The position numbers and the translations under genes are program-made. Of a stretch of DNA of 42,811 nucleotides, positions 10,506 through 19,779 are shown piece after piece. This DNA comes from Candidatus Parcubacteria bacterium (lineage in GTDB: Bacteria; Patescibacteriota; Minisyncoccia; Phycocordibacterales; CAIZLB01), in the NCBI GenBank assembly GCA_039795775.1, contig JBDKLC010000001.1, positions 1-42,811 on the forward strand, given 5' to 3'. Under the pieces are notes generated by a model. That model saw nothing but the letters and a program-made list of their open reading frames with translations. It made no database searches and was not told the DNA's origin. How positions within the stretch are numbered: the stretch's first letter is position 1; each line of letters begins with the position of its first letter.

Positions 10506-11957
10506 ATGTCAGAACACAAAGAAACATTTTACGTAACAAGTCCCATTTTTTATCCAAATGGGGAGCTTCATATTGGTCATGCATACACTATGACTGTGTG
10601 TGATTTGCTGACTCGATATCACAAGCAAGTTGGTAACCAGACATATTTTCTTACAGGTGCTGACGAAAATAGTACAAAAATTGTAAAAGCAGCTGCTGAA
10701 CAAGGAGTAGAAGTTCATGAATATTTGAGAAATATTTCAAATAATTTTAAGCAGCTCTATGCTGACATGCATGTCGAATATAATCAGTTTATTCAGACAA
10801 CAGACAAAGAAAGACACTGGCCGGGAGCACTTCTTATGTGGAAGAAGCTTCAAGAGTCGGGTGATATCTATAAGAATGCATACGAAGGATTGTACTGCGT
10901 AAACTGCGAGGCTTTTTATACAGAAAAGGACTTGATTGATGGAAAATGTCCATATCACGGTACAGAACCAACAAAAATAAAAGAAGAAAACTATTTCTTC
11001 AAGCTTTCGAAATACACAGCACCAATCAAGGCAAAGATAGAAAGTGGGGAACTTCAAATCCTTCCTATCGCTCGAAAAAATGAGATTCTTGCTCTTCTTG
11101 AACGAGGTCTCGAAGATGTGAGTTTCTCTCGACCAATTAAAAATGTTCCGCACGGTATTCCTGTACCAGGAGACGACGAGCAAGCTATTTATGTATGGTG
11201 CGACGCTCTCGTGAACTATATTTCAGCTCTCGGGTATGGCCGAACAGATGATTCATTATTTAAAACATTCTGGCCTGCCAATGCGCATGTTATTGGAAAA
11301 GATATTCTCAGATTTCACGCTGCTATTTGGCCAGGAATGCTCCTATCCGCAGGTCTTCCGCTTCCTAAGACAATACTCGTGCACGGTCTTATCATGTCTG
11401 GTGGAAAGAAAATGTCTAAATCTATTGGAAATGTTATTTTGCCGTACGACATCATCAACGAATATGGTCATGAAGCTATGAAATATTTCTTTGCTCGACA
11501 TATTTCTATTTTTGATGACGGCGAAATGACAATGGAAATATTCAAAGATGCATATAACTCTCAGCTCGCAAATGGTATCGGAAACCTCACCAACCGAATT
11601 TTGAAAATGGCAATTTCAAACGAAGTGCAGTTTGATAGTTCATCTTGGAACCATACTTCGACAGTACAGTACAAAGAATGGCAGGTTGCATTTGAATCAT
11701 TTGACATCAACAAAGCTGCTGATGTTGTATGGAAAAAAATAGGGGAGATGGATGCTCAAATTCAATCTTCTGAACCATTCAAACTTGTGAAAACTGACCC
11801 TGAAGCAGCGAAAGCAATTATTGCAGAGCTCGTTCAGGATTTGAGTCTCGTTGCAGAACTTGCGACACCAATTCTTCCAGATACATCTGCAAAGATCAAA
11901 GAATGCATCAACGAACGAAAGATGCCAGAACAGCCTCTCTTCCTAAGAAAAGATTAA
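10506..11957 (+). CDS. metG: Methionine--tRNA ligase (short form, no C-terminal tRNA-binding domain)
   Basis: YPNGELHIGH, CVNCE knuckle, YVWCDAL.NY, GKDILRFHA..WP, KMSKS. Confidence 0.96.
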   Translation: MSEHKETFYVTSPIFYPNGELHIGHAYTMTVCDLLTRYHKQVGNQTYFLTGADENSTKIVKAAAEQGVEVHEYLRNISNNFKQLYADMHVEYNQFIQTTDKERHWPGALLMWKKLQESGDIYKNAYEGLYCVNCEAFYTEKDLIDGKCPYHGTEPTKIKEENYFFKLSKYTAPIKAKIESGELQILPIARKNEILALLERGLEDVSFSRPIKNVPHGIPVPGDDEQAIYVWCDALVNYISALGYGRTDDSLFKTFWPANAHVIGKDILRFHAAIWPGMLLSAGLPLPKTILVHGLIMSGGKKMSKSIGNVILPYDIINEYGHEAMKYFFARHISIFDDGEMTMEIFKDAYNSQLANGIGNLTNRILKMAISNEVQFDSSSWNHTSTVQYKEWQVAFESFDINKAADVVWKKIGEMDAQIQSSEPFKLVKTDPEAAKAIIAELVQDLSLVAELATPILPDTSAKIKECINERKMPEQPLFLRKD

Positions 11958-11975
11958 TACGTCACAACGTCACCT

Positions 11976-12833
11976 ATGTCACAACGACCTGAATATATCG
12001 ACATTCACGCACACCTCAACTTTGCTGCTTACGATGCTGATCGAGCTGAAGTAGCTGCCCGAGCAAAGGAGCAGGGAGTATGGATGATTAATGTTGGCAC
12101 ATCACTACAGACTTCAAAAGAAGTAGTTCAACTTTCGGATGAGTATACTGAAGGTGTGTATTCTATTATTGGTTTGCATCCAGTTCATTCACACAGCTCG
12201 CATGACGACGAACAAGAGTCTACGACAGGAGAAGCAGCTACTCTTGCACCTGAAGGTGAAGAGTTCGACGTTGAAGCATATGAGAAGCTCATTCAGAATC
12301 CAAAAGTGGTTGCAGTAGGAGAGTGTGGTTTAGATTATTTTCATCTTCCTGAAGGAAAAGAAGATGAGTCAAAGAAAGTTCAGGAAAAAGCCTTTAGACT
12401 CCAAGTTGAATTAGCGATGAAGTATGACAAACCAATTATGATTCACGCGCGACAGTCATATACAGAAATTTTAGGAATTATTGATGAATATTTAAGCCTC
12501 CCGGGCTCAAACTTACGAGGGAATGTCCACTTCTTTGCTGGTACCATCGAAGAAGCACAGGCATTCTTGGATAGAGGATTTACACTTTCATTCACTGGAG
12601 TTGTTACTTTTGCAAAACAATACGAAGAATTGGTCCGATACGTGCCTTTAGACCGTATGATGTCAGAGACCGACTGCCCTTATGTAGCTCCAGTGCCATA
12701 CAGAGGAAGACGCAATGAGCCCCTGTATGTCACAGAGGTAGTTAAGAAGATAGCTGAAATCAAAGGCCTACCCCTCGAAGAAGTCAAAAAAACGTTGGTA
12801 GATAACGCTTTTAAAGCCTTTAAACTGGCCTAA
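11976..12833 (+). CDS. tatD: TatD family hydrolase/nuclease
   Basis: DIHAHL, GLHP, VGECGLDY, IH.R, ETDCPY; usual position after metG. Confidence 0.93.
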   Translation: MSQRPEYIDIHAHLNFAAYDADRAEVAARAKEQGVWMINVGTSLQTSKEVVQLSDEYTEGVYSIIGLHPVHSHSSHDDEQESTTGEAATLAPEGEEFDVEAYEKLIQNPKVVAVGECGLDYFHLPEGKEDESKKVQEKAFRLQVELAMKYDKPIMIHARQSYTEILGIIDEYLSLPGSNLRGNVHFFAGTIEEAQAFLDRGFTLSFTGVVTFAKQYEELVRYVPLDRMMSETDCPYVAPVPYRGRRNEPLYVTEVVKKIAEIKGLPLEEVKKTLVDNAFKAFKLA

Positions 12834-12886
12834 AACGGCCCTAGAAAGCCTTGCGTCCAGCCAAAAGCTGTGCTAGTCTGTAGTCC

Positions 12887-13387
12887 ATGTCAACAGAATT
12901 GAATCAAGACGCAACAACTATGGATGCGGAACAAAATGAATCTCTTAAGGTCTATGAACTCGGCTTTCACTTTTTGCCTACAATCGCAGAAGATGATGTA
13001 GCTGTTCAGTTTTCTCACCTTAAATCATTCATCGAAAAGCGAGGTGGTGAATTTATTTCAGAAGATTTCCCAAAGCTTCGAGACCTTGCTTATGAGATCT
13101 CAAAGACTGTAAAATCTCAGAAAAAGCGATATACAAAGGCCTACTTTGGCTGGGTAAAGTTTACTCTCGAAGCCGATAAGGTTGAAGAAGTAGAAAAAGA
13201 ACTCAAAGCTTTCGACCCAATGCTCCGATACTTACTTATCAAAACAGTTGCAGAAAATACACTCTCATCTGTAGGTAAAGAAGAAAAACGAGATAAGGAT
13301 CAGGCCACAGACGGCGTAGCAGGAGAAGTTCTTGCAGAAGGAGCAGAAGCTCATGTTGAAAAGACAACAGAAGAAGTAGTACAATAA
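12887..13387 (+). CDS. rpsF: 30S ribosomal protein S6
   Basis: YELGF...LRDLAYEI...AYFGWVKF...LRYLLIK; rpsF-ssb-rpsR order. Confidence 0.9.
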   Translation: MSTELNQDATTMDAEQNESLKVYELGFHFLPTIAEDDVAVQFSHLKSFIEKRGGEFISEDFPKLRDLAYEISKTVKSQKKRYTKAYFGWVKFTLEADKVEEVEKELKAFDPMLRYLLIKTVAENTLSSVGKEEKRDKDQATDGVAGEVLAEGAEAHVEKTTEEVVQ

Positions 13388-13393
13388 CAATAT

Positions 13394-13873
13394 ATGTATT
13401 TAAACAAGGCAATCATTTACGGAAACATTACTAGAGATCCTGAATTAAAAGCTCTCCCATCAGGGATTCAGGTCGTAAGTTTCTCAGTTGCCACAAATCG
13501 TGTTTGGAAGGACCAGAGTGGTGCTAAACAAGAAAACGTTGATTATCACAATATCGTAGTATTCGGACGACAGGCAGAAATTGCTGCACAATACCTCAAA
13601 AAGGGCAGTGGAGTATTTGTTGAAGGTCGAATGCAGACACGATCTTGGGATGGTCAGGACGGTAAAAAACAATATCGAACAGAAGTCGTGGCAGACAAGA
13701 TCCAGTTTGGTCCTCGACCAGGTGGAGCCGGAGCTGCAGGAGGCTACTCTCAGCCACAAGCTGATGCCCCTTCAAAACCAGCTAAGAAAGCTTCAAATGA
13801 TGAAGAATCTGGCGGCGGCGAATCATTCGATTATCCTTTGGAAGATATTAATCCGGAAGAAATTCCATTTTAA
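13394..13873 (+). CDS. ssb: Single-stranded DNA-binding protein
   Basis: LNKAIIYGNITRDPE, VEGRMQTRSW, C-terminal EEIPF. Confidence 0.97.
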   Translation: MYLNKAIIYGNITRDPELKALPSGIQVVSFSVATNRVWKDQSGAKQENVDYHNIVVFGRQAEIAAQYLKKGSGVFVEGRMQTRSWDGQDGKKQYRTEVVADKIQFGPRPGGAGAAGGYSQPQADAPSKPAKKASNDEESGGGESFDYPLEDINPEEIPF

Positions 13874-13947
13874 TTCTTCGTTTGGCGGTTAAAACGAGAA
13901 AGATTATTAACTAATAAAGTATCCACGGGCGTACGCTCGCACATTTT

Positions 13948-14151
13948 ATGAAAAAACAGTGCTACTTTTCACAGAACAATATCAAGCATATTGACTATAA
14001 GGATCTCGATATTCTCAAAAAGTTTATCAACCCTCATGCTCGAATGCTTTCTCGTGATAAGACAGGTGTGACAGCTAAAAACCAGCGAAAGCTTGCTATG
14101 GCTATCAAACGAGCTCGATACATGGCTCTCTTGCCATTCGTAGCGAACTAG
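13948..14151 (+). CDS. rpsR: 30S ribosomal protein S18
   Basis: [35 protein letters not shown]. Confidence 0.96.
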   Translation: MKKQCYFSQNNIKHIDYKDLDILKKFINPHARMLSRDKTGVTAKNQRKLAMAIKRARYMALLPFVAN

Positions 14152-14173
14152 TCACCTCGAACACTCAGTGTTC

Positions 14174-14211
14174 AAACAAAAACACCCACAAAGATGTGGG
14201 TGTTTTTGTTT
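14174..14211. terminator. Bidirectional terminator between convergent rpsR and efp
   Basis: 17-bp perfect inverted repeat AAACAAAAACACCCACA-aaga-TGTGGGTGTTTTTGTTT. Confidence 0.88.
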
Positions 14212-14229
14212 AGTATATGTTGAGAAAGA

Positions 14230-14796
14230 CTATTTAGTTACTCGTTCTGTATATTCGCCAGTTTCTGTGTTGATTCGGAGGATGTCACCTGTATCGATGA
14301 ACATAGGAACGGTCATAGATGCACCTGTTTCGAGGATAACGATCTTTGAACCACCCTTTGCTGTATCACCTCGTACAGCAGGAGCTGATTCTGCAACTTT
14401 GAGGTCAACTTTTACAGGGATAACGATACCGAAGATCTTTTCATCGTAAATCTTTGCTTCTACAACTGTGTTAGCTTTAAGGAACTTTCGAGCGTCACCG
14501 AGGAGTTCTTCTGAGAGCTGGAATCGGTTAGCAGCGTCTTTTTCATCGCAGAACCACCATTCGCCTTTGTTGTTGAAGAGGTACTTTACGTTCTTGTATT
14601 CGATTTCAGCTTCTTCAGCTTTGTCAGATACATGGTATGAGTGTTCTACAATTCGGCCTGTGATGAGGTTTCGCATTTTTACAGCGTTTACTGGCTTTCG
14701 CTGCTGCTTTCGAAATACGTGAGAAGCGAGGACTTCATAAGGTTCGCCTTCAAAGATAACGTATTTTCGGAGTGTAATTTCGTTGTATTCTAACAT
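14230..14796 (-). CDS. efp: Elongation factor P (non-canonical tip loop)
   Basis: PAVRGDTA.GG.K...LETG...VPMFI..GD.LRINTETGEYTERV C-terminal signature. Confidence 0.93.
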   Translation of the reverse strand: MLEYNEITLRKYVIFEGEPYEVLASHVFRKQQRKPVNAVKMRNLITGRIVEHSYHVSDKAEEAEIEYKNVKYLFNNKGEWWFCDEKDAANRFQLSEELLGDARKFLKANTVVEAKIYDEKIFGIVIPVKVDLKVAESAPAVRGDTAKGGSKIVILETGASMTVPMFIDTGDILRINTETGEYTERVTK

Positions 14797-14874
14797 GTCG
14801 GTTGTTTTGTTATTTGTAAGGACATTCTAGATGAAAATAGGGCATCTGTCTAATGACTGGTGGTCCTATAACCA

Positions 14875-14912
14875 ATCAAAAACACCTCTACATATATAGA
14901 GGTGTTTTTGAT
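14875..14912. terminator. Terminator downstream of recA
   Basis: ATCAAAAACACCTCTA-catata-TAGAGGTGTTTTTGAT, 16-bp inverted repeat. Confidence 0.82.
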
Positions 14913-14957
14913 CTAGATGTCTCTGGAGAGCACGTATACGTGCGTAGAAGAGGGAAT

Positions 14958-16058
14958 TTAGATAGTTTTGAGGTGTTCTCGGATCTCTTTGAGGACCTTT
15001 CGAGATACTTCTTTGTTTTCTCGGAGGAACTGTCGTGTAGCATCATACCCTCGGCCGAGTTTTACTTCGCCATAACTGTATGAGTTACCTGATTTTGAGA
15101 TGATACCCATCTTTTCACCCAATGCGATCATTTCGCCTTCCTGTGAAATACCTTCGTTGTACATAAGGTCGAATTCAGTCTGTTTGAATGGGGCAGCAAC
15201 CTTGTTCTTTACTACCTTTACTCGTACTCGACCTCCCATAACTTCTTCACCCTTCTTTATCTGGGCGATTCGTCGAATGTCGAGTCGTACTGATGTATAG
15301 AACTTCAGAGCCTTACCACCTGGTGTAGTTTCAGGGTTACCAAACATAACACCAATCTGCATTCGGATCTGGTTGATGAAGATAACGATAGTCTTTGACT
15401 TAGCTACGATACTTGTAAGCTTTCGGAGCGCCTGTGACATAAGTCGCGCTTGTTTACCCACATGGTGAGCACCCATATCACCTTCGATTTCATCTTTTGG
15501 TGTAAGAGCGGCTACTGAGTCGATAACAATTACGTCAATCTTTCCAGATCGTACGAGACTCTCAACGATTTCGAGAGCTTGTTCGCCTGTGTCAGGCTGA
15601 GAGATGAGGAGTTCATCAATCTTTACTCCAAGTCGTGTTGAGTAATCTGGGTCCATCGCATGTTCTGCGTCGATGAATGCACAGATGCCACCTCGTTTCT
15701 GTGCTTCAGCAATAACATGAAGGGAGAGGGTAGTCTTACCTGATGATTCTGGTCCGAAGATTTCGATGATTCGTCCTCTTGGAAGACCACCAACACCTAG
15801 TGCGGCATCGAGACCAATAGAACCTGTAGGGATGGCATTTACATCAACTTTTGGCTTTTCACCAAGCTTCATGATGGCGTCATCGCCAAACTTCATTTTA
15901 ATCTGATCAATAGTGTCGGTAATACCTTCACTACTTTTTGCTTTCATTTTTGAAATCTTTTCTGCGTCTGCCTGTTCTGCATCTTCTTCACTCATTTCTG
16001 CTTCCATTTCTGGTTTTTCTTCTTCAATCTTTTTTGTTGATTTTGCTTTTTTTGCCAT
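14958..16058 (-). CDS. recA: Recombinase RecA with a charged N-terminal extension
   Basis: [51 protein letters not shown]. Confidence 0.98.
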   Translation of the reverse strand: MAKKAKSTKKIEEEKPEMEAEMSEEDAEQADAEKISKMKAKSSEGITDTIDQIKMKFGDDAIMKLGEKPKVDVNAIPTGSIGLDAALGVGGLPRGRIIEIFGPESSGKTTLSLHVIAEAQKRGGICAFIDAEHAMDPDYSTRLGVKIDELLISQPDTGEQALEIVESLVRSGKIDVIVIDSVAALTPKDEIEGDMGAHHVGKQARLMSQALRKLTSIVAKSKTIVIFINQIRMQIGVMFGNPETTPGGKALKFYTSVRLDIRRIAQIKKGEEVMGGRVRVKVVKNKVAAPFKQTEFDLMYNEGISQEGEMIALGEKMGIISKSGNSYSYGEVKLGRGYDATRQFLRENKEVSRKVLKEIREHLKTI

Positions 16059-16067
16059 TGTCGTTGG

Positions 16068-16427
16068 TTAAGGTTTATAGATAAGCTCAAGATGCTTTTC
16101 GACTGAAGCCCCAAATTTATCCCGAGCTTGTAATTTGATTATATTATACCCCGGATAGAGCAGCAATTTCTCTTGAAAGTTGCCTGCTTCATCGATGTAT
16201 ATGGGCCTGTCATTCAGACTTATAAAGGATATATTTTTTGCCACACCTTTTACGACCACATCACTTTGGGTAAGTGTGCTGCCAGAAAGGGGAGCCGATA
16301 CAGATATCTCTGGACCGGTGAGTATCTTTTTTGATTGAAAGATACTATATCCAATTATTGTCAGTACAAAGAACGCAATGAGAAGTACTCTGATTATTAA
16401 CTTTCCATCTTCATACACTGATATCAT
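16068..16427 (-). CDS. Small membrane-anchored Ig-like domain protein
   Basis: N-terminal TM helix, then GP.I.V..P...VKGVAKN...LNDRPI...G.F...LLYPGYN.I...A.DKFG. Confidence 0.7.
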   Translation of the reverse strand: MISVYEDGKLIIRVLLIAFFVLTIIGYSIFQSKKILTGPEISVSAPLSGSTLTQSDVVVKGVAKNISFISLNDRPIYIDEAGNFQEKLLLYPGYNIIKLQARDKFGASVEKHLELIYKP

Positions 16428-16473
16428 AAATTTCTTCTCATTAAATCTTCTTCAATAAAAGCTCAATTAATTA

Positions 16474-18774
16474 TTAAGCCATATCATCTGAAGACTCACC
16501 ACCTGAATCTTGGTAGCCAATAACTTCTCGAGGTTTTGCACCATCAGCAGGACCAATTACACCGCGACTTTCGAGTATATCCATAAGACGTGCAGCGCGT
16601 GCATATCCTACACGAAGTTTTCGTTGGATGTATGACGTAGATGCTTTACCGGCTTTCATTACCAAATCTTTTGCTTCTTCATAGAGATCATCATCTTCTT
16701 CGTCGTCAGCGGATTCATCGAATCCTGAACTAAATACTGGATCGTTTACAGCACTTGTTCCAACAATAGATTCACCAGTCATAGAGACTTCATCTGGAAG
16801 GGAATCAGCATTATCGACAAGGTGTTTAACGATACCCTTGAGTTCACTTTCAGAAAGGAAGGCAGATTGAACTCGCTGAGGTGTAGACATATCGGCAGAA
16901 AGGAAGAGCATATCTCCGGCACCAAGGAGCTCTTCAGCACCACGAGTATCGAGGATAGTTCGTGAGTCGATTTGAGATGCTACCTGAAGCGCAATTCGAG
17001 ATGGAACGTTCGCTTTGATAAGACCTGTAATAACGTTTACTGAAGGTCGCTGTGTTGAAAGGATAAGGTGGATACCAACGGCTCGACTCATCTGTGCAAG
17101 GCGAACAATAGCGGCTTCGAGTTCTCTTGGATATGTCTGCATGATATCGGCCAATTCGTCGATCACAATTACTATATAAGGCATTGTGTCTGGAATAGTA
17201 ACTTCGTCATCCTCAGATCCTTTTGTCTTTTTAATCTGCTCAAGTGCTGGCATTAGGACATTCTTATGATATGACTGGATGTCTCGGACAGAGTTCTTTT
17301 CCAAAAGGTCATATCGTCTGTCCATTTCTTTTGCGGCCCATTTTAAGGCTAGAATAGCTTTCTTTGCGTCCTTTATAACTGGAGTGAGGAGGTGGCCGAT
17401 CTTGTCGTACTGAGTAAGTTCAACTCGCTTTGGGTCGATCATGATGAACCGAAGGTTGTCGGGTGAGTTGCGGTAAAGGAGTGAACAAATGATGGCGTGG
17501 ATGGTAATTGATTTACCAGAACCTGTAGCACCGGCAATCAAGAGGTGAGGAGCTCTAGCCAAATCAGCGAAGTAACTCTTTCCTGAAACACCTTTTCCAA
17601 GTGCGTACAAAAGTGGCTTTTCAGACTTCTGATAATCGTCTTGAGAAAGGAGACTACCAAGTCGCACAGTAGTCTTTACACTGTTTGGAATTTCGATACC
17701 TACAAGTGCCTTTCCAGGGATAGGTGCTTCGATTCGAATAGGGTGTGCTGCGAGGGCCAAAGCAAGGTTGTTTTGGAGTCCCAAGATTCGTGAAAGCTTC
17801 ACGCCTTCGGCTGGTTTGAGAGAGTATCGAGTTACTGATGGGCCAATTGAAATTTCATCCATTTCAACATCAATACCGAAGTTCTGAAGAGTTCGTTTGA
17901 TGATGTTTGCGTTCGCTTTGATGTCTCCAACTTGTGGTTTTCCTTTATCAATTTCAAGGAGTGAAAGTGGAGGTGGTACGAAGTTTTTACCGAGCAAAAT
18001 ACTCTTTCGTGATACCTGGATCATATCGCTTTGAACTGCTTGTTCTGGAGCCTCTGTAGGCTGTCCACCACCCATCTTTCGTTTGATTGCAGCAAGCATG
18101 CCACCAGACTCTTCTTCGTCTTCTTCCGTATCTTCTTGTTGAGCCTCCTGAGCTTTTTTAGCCGCCTTCATTTTTGCTATTTCAACGGCAGCTGCAGCTT
18201 CATCAATTTTGCCTGTTTCTAGCTCGTCGAGGACTTCTTCGCTCGGATCAGCAGGTGCTCGTTTGAAGTGTCTCCAAATCATGAAATGTTCTTTCTTTAG
18301 GGCAGAATCAAAGATCACTAATATTGAAATAATAAGGAGGGCAAAAAGGAAGATAAATCCTGTAGGTACATCAAAGAATTTCAAGAGAGGAGCAGCAACC
18401 CATTTGCCAATGATACCGCCACTAGATTCCTTTATAAGGTGAAATATACCGAGCCCTGAGAAAAAGAAAAAGAATGAGCCAATCGACTTAGAAAGGGGAA
18501 ACCGTCGGTTGTGGTCACTAAAGAATGAAAGAGACAATATAACCAATAGGATAGGAACAAGGTAGTACCCAACACCTAAAAGGGCCCCGAGCCAAAGGTG
18601 AGTTTTAATACCAACTATTCCTCCAATATTGAACGCAGCAAGGAGAAAGAAAATTGCTGCTACTAATAAAATGATCCCCCATACACTATGAAGGGTACTT
18701 TCCTGAAGGTCATTGAATACAGGACGCTCGCTGGAAGTGTCAGCCGAGCTCTTACGCTTATCTTTTTTAGCCAT
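16474..18774 (-). CDS. ftsK: DNA translocase FtsK/SpoIIIE
   Basis: N-terminal 4TM region, IRIEAPIPGK, AGATGSGKS, MIDPKRVEL, IDELAD, TQRPS, gamma domain; start placed at MAKK (18774), 6 nt after a TG-TAAAAT -10. Confidence 0.97.
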   Translation of the reverse strand: MAKKDKRKSSADTSSERPVFNDLQESTLHSVWGIILLVAAIFFLLAAFNIGGIVGIKTHLWLGALLGVGYYLVPILLVILSLSFFSDHNRRFPLSKSIGSFFFFFSGLGIFHLIKESSGGIIGKWVAAPLLKFFDVPTGFIFLFALLIISILVIFDSALKKEHFMIWRHFKRAPADPSEEVLDELETGKIDEAAAAVEIAKMKAAKKAQEAQQEDTEEDEEESGGMLAAIKRKMGGGQPTEAPEQAVQSDMIQVSRKSILLGKNFVPPPLSLLEIDKGKPQVGDIKANANIIKRTLQNFGIDVEMDEISIGPSVTRYSLKPAEGVKLSRILGLQNNLALALAAHPIRIEAPIPGKALVGIEIPNSVKTTVRLGSLLSQDDYQKSEKPLLYALGKGVSGKSYFADLARAPHLLIAGATGSGKSITIHAIICSLLYRNSPDNLRFIMIDPKRVELTQYDKIGHLLTPVIKDAKKAILALKWAAKEMDRRYDLLEKNSVRDIQSYHKNVLMPALEQIKKTKGSEDDEVTIPDTMPYIVIVIDELADIMQTYPRELEAAIVRLAQMSRAVGIHLILSTQRPSVNVITGLIKANVPSRIALQVASQIDSRTILDTRGAEELLGAGDMLFLSADMSTPQRVQSAFLSESELKGIVKHLVDNADSLPDEVSMTGESIVGTSAVNDPVFSSGFDESADDEEDDDLYEEAKDLVMKAGKASTSYIQRKLRVGYARAARLMDILESRGVIGPADGAKPREVIGYQDSGGESSDDMA

Positions 18775-18883
18775 GCACATATTTTAACAGCTGATACAGC
18801 TAGGTAAAAGTTGCTTTTAAGGTTGTCTTATATATAATGAGGTTAAACAGATCTCGTGACTGATAGAACTCAAAAAAGTCGAA

Positions 18884-18900
18884 TGTCTTTATAAAAGACA
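18884..18900. promoter_or_regulatory. Candidate operator palindrome TGTCTTT-N3-AAAGACA
   Basis: Perfect 7-bp inverted repeat downstream of a TTGCTT-16-TATAAT promoter (18811-18838), with extra AAAGACA/AAAGGAC half-sites nearby. Confidence 0.4.
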
Positions 18901-18948
18901 AGGTTCAGGCAACTAAAGGACTATTTATAAAATATACCCCACAAAAAC

Positions 18949-19725
18949 ATGGACAAGGATACTAATAGACAAAAAGACAATCAAAATATTTTAACACTGG
19001 CCGAAATCAGTATCTTTGATAATGATCATTATTTTAGCTACATTTACAAAAAGTCAGAGAAGATAGCTGCTGCGCTTTACATGATAACTGACTTCCTTTC
19101 TGACTCAGAACCGTTAAAGACAGAAATCAGACTCAACTCATTGTCCCTTATAAATAAAACTCTTGAGCTCAATACTTCAGCATCATCTGAACGAAAAAAT
19201 CTTTTAAGTAAAATTATTCAAAACTCACTCTCACTCATTTCGTTTTCTCAGATCGCAGTCTTTTCTGGAATCGTGTCCGTTATGAATCATCAGATCGTAA
19301 AGAGGGAGCTAGAGCTATTCATCAAGACTATTGAAGATAGAGAATCTCCTAATAAATTGGGTCGAAATTTCGTGCTTAGTTCTGAATTCATCAAAGATGA
19401 TTTGATCGTTCAAATGAACAAATCTCAATCAGTTCAAAAGCCAGTTTCAGAACCAGTTCGTCCTCATTTTTCTTCAAATAATCCAATTCAACCTAAAATT
19501 CAACCTGTTCAAAAGGAGGGAAAAAACGATCGAAAAAATGAACGACAAGAACTCATAATTGCCACTATTCGAGCCAAAGGAGAACTATCTATCCGTGACC
19601 TCAGTTTGGTTATCAAAGGCTGTAGTGAGAAAACTATCCAAAGAGAGCTTTTAGCCTTAGTTGAAGCCAATATTCTCACAAAATCAGGGGAACGAAGGTG
19701 GAGTCGGTACTCCCTTGCTAATTAG
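18949..19725 (+). CDS. Helical-bundle plus C-terminal winged-HTH (DeoR-like) putative DNA-binding protein
   Basis: C-terminal RQELII..I...GELSIRDLS......SEKTIQRELLALV...IL...GERRWSRY; Q/P/K/S-rich linker. Confidence 0.75.
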   Translation: MDKDTNRQKDNQNILTLAEISIFDNDHYFSYIYKKSEKIAAALYMITDFLSDSEPLKTEIRLNSLSLINKTLELNTSASSERKNLLSKIIQNSLSLISFSQIAVFSGIVSVMNHQIVKRELELFIKTIEDRESPNKLGRNFVLSSEFIKDDLIVQMNKSQSVQKPVSEPVRPHFSSNNPIQPKIQPVQKEGKNDRKNERQELIIATIRAKGELSIRDLSLVIKGCSEKTIQRELLALVEANILTKSGERRWSRYSLAN

Positions 19726-19779
19726 TCAAAAGTAGGTTGTTACGTTGCAAAATCGAGGGTTTTGGTGTAATATTGCCTC

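Noticed and set aside
14857-14875. TGGTGG resembling the reverse complement of a tRNA CCACCA end
   Set aside because: No T-loop or other tRNA features adjacent
14174-14912. Two hairpins sharing CAAAAACACC/GGTGTTTTTG arms flanking efp, suggesting a mobile cassette
   Set aside because: Both sit where terminators are expected (rpsR/efp and recA), efp is a core gene, and no recombinase is present
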